Assembly: GCA_002245135.1 (NCBI GenBank)
Contig: NGBS01001176.1
Location: 62,001-123,159 of the forward strand
Reading direction: 5' to 3'
DNA length: 61,159 bases
Origin: Proteromonas lacertae
Taxonomy: Eukaryota
Shown here piece by piece: positions 60,622 through 61,159 of the stretch. The notes beneath the pieces are model-generated. The model had not been told where the DNA came from, did no database searches, and saw nothing but the letters and a program-made list of their open reading frames with translations. Numbering within the stretch: position 1 is the stretch's first letter; the number at the start of each line of letters is the position of its first letter. Made by a program: the position numbers and the translations under genes.

Positions 60622-61159
60622 ATGAGTAACGAAACACCCTATGAAGCTACAGATGTAGAATTCAGTGATTACTACAAAAATCCAAAGTTATGTAACAAGT
60701 GGATTATTAAAGGAACTGTTGAGAGTATTACAGTTAAGCCTACTAAAACTAGTCAATATGTATTGATTACTTTTGTTCATGATTTGGATCATAAAGTTGT
60801 AATTAATAATGGAAGAGATTTTGAAACATATTCAGCTGATGAAGTGAAATATGTATTGAAACAAATTTATGATAGAAACGAGAATGACTTTATAGAAAAA
60901 ATCATTCGTGGATATTTGATTAGTGTAGGATGTAGAGAACCTCAACATGGTATTAAATACTTCCACAATTTCAATTCTATTATGATATGGGATAATAGTA
61001 ACTATAGAGTTCCATCTGATGTTGATGTTGGTAGTAAAATTGCTGTAAGTGTTGTTGATAATCAAATCTCTATTAAGAGTAATGGTACTCAAAACTTTGT
61101 TAATCATAGAGTTTGTAGTGATATTGTTGGTTATGATGAAAATCCTGATTTAGCTACAA
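60622..61159 (+). CDS. Hypothetical beta-rich viral protein, runs off window (absent from ORF track)
   Basis: Open from ATG 60622 (MSNETPYEATD...WIIKGTVESITVKPTK...) to the window end without a stop. Confidence 0.65.
   Translation, partial: MSNETPYEATDVEFSDYYKNPKLCNKWIIKGTVESITVKPTKTSQYVLITFVHDLDHKVVINNGRDFETYSADEVKYVLKQIYDRNENDFIEKIIRGYLISVGCREPQHGIKYFHNFNSIMIWDNSNYRVPSDVDVGSKIAVSVVDNQISIKSNGTQNFVNHRVCSDIVGYDENPDLAT

Larger units (their letters stand above)
36958..61159. mobile_element. Polinton/Maverick-like endogenous virus region (one or two elements), extends beyond window
   Basis: Compact, apparently intronless genes: two pPolB, integrase, two cysteine proteases, capsid genes; left border inferred from host-gene truncation. 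Confidence 0.8.

Noticed and set aside
60832..61107. Minus-strand 91-aa ORF
   Set aside because: Antisense shadow of the longer plus-strand frame from 60622

Overview
Very AT-rich eukaryotic DNA, probably from a protist. It reads in the standard code and has tiny 23-33 nt GT-AG introns; the host is not identifiable with certainty. The host background is a glycan-modification neighbourhood: GT2-like, two GT15, GT10, GT31, LicD, a nucleotide-diphospho-sugar transferase, three GT61-like genes/fragments and two bacterial-type acyltransferase-3/SGNH genes, plus an NhaC-type antiporter. It is invaded by several related, partly decayed Polinton/Maverick-like endogenous viruses. (i) Fragments lie at ~9.7-11.4 kb and ~14.3-16.4 kb. 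(ii) An 8.2-kb unit (20823-29021) is bounded by ~250-270 bp terminal inverted repeats whose outer part is itself a long palindrome. It carries a packaging ATPase, putative major/minor capsid genes and GC-richer orphan genes, but no polymerase or integrase. (iii) A >24-kb block (~36958 to window end) has two convergent protein-primed PolB genes, an integrase, two adenain-like proteases, capsid genes, an Arg-rich core-like protein and a giant coiled-coil gene. Also present are a hAT transposon, a pogo-like remnant and a foldback/MITE family whose pieces sit at the breakpoints of three capsid genes. All assignments come from motif reading by eye; no searches were run.
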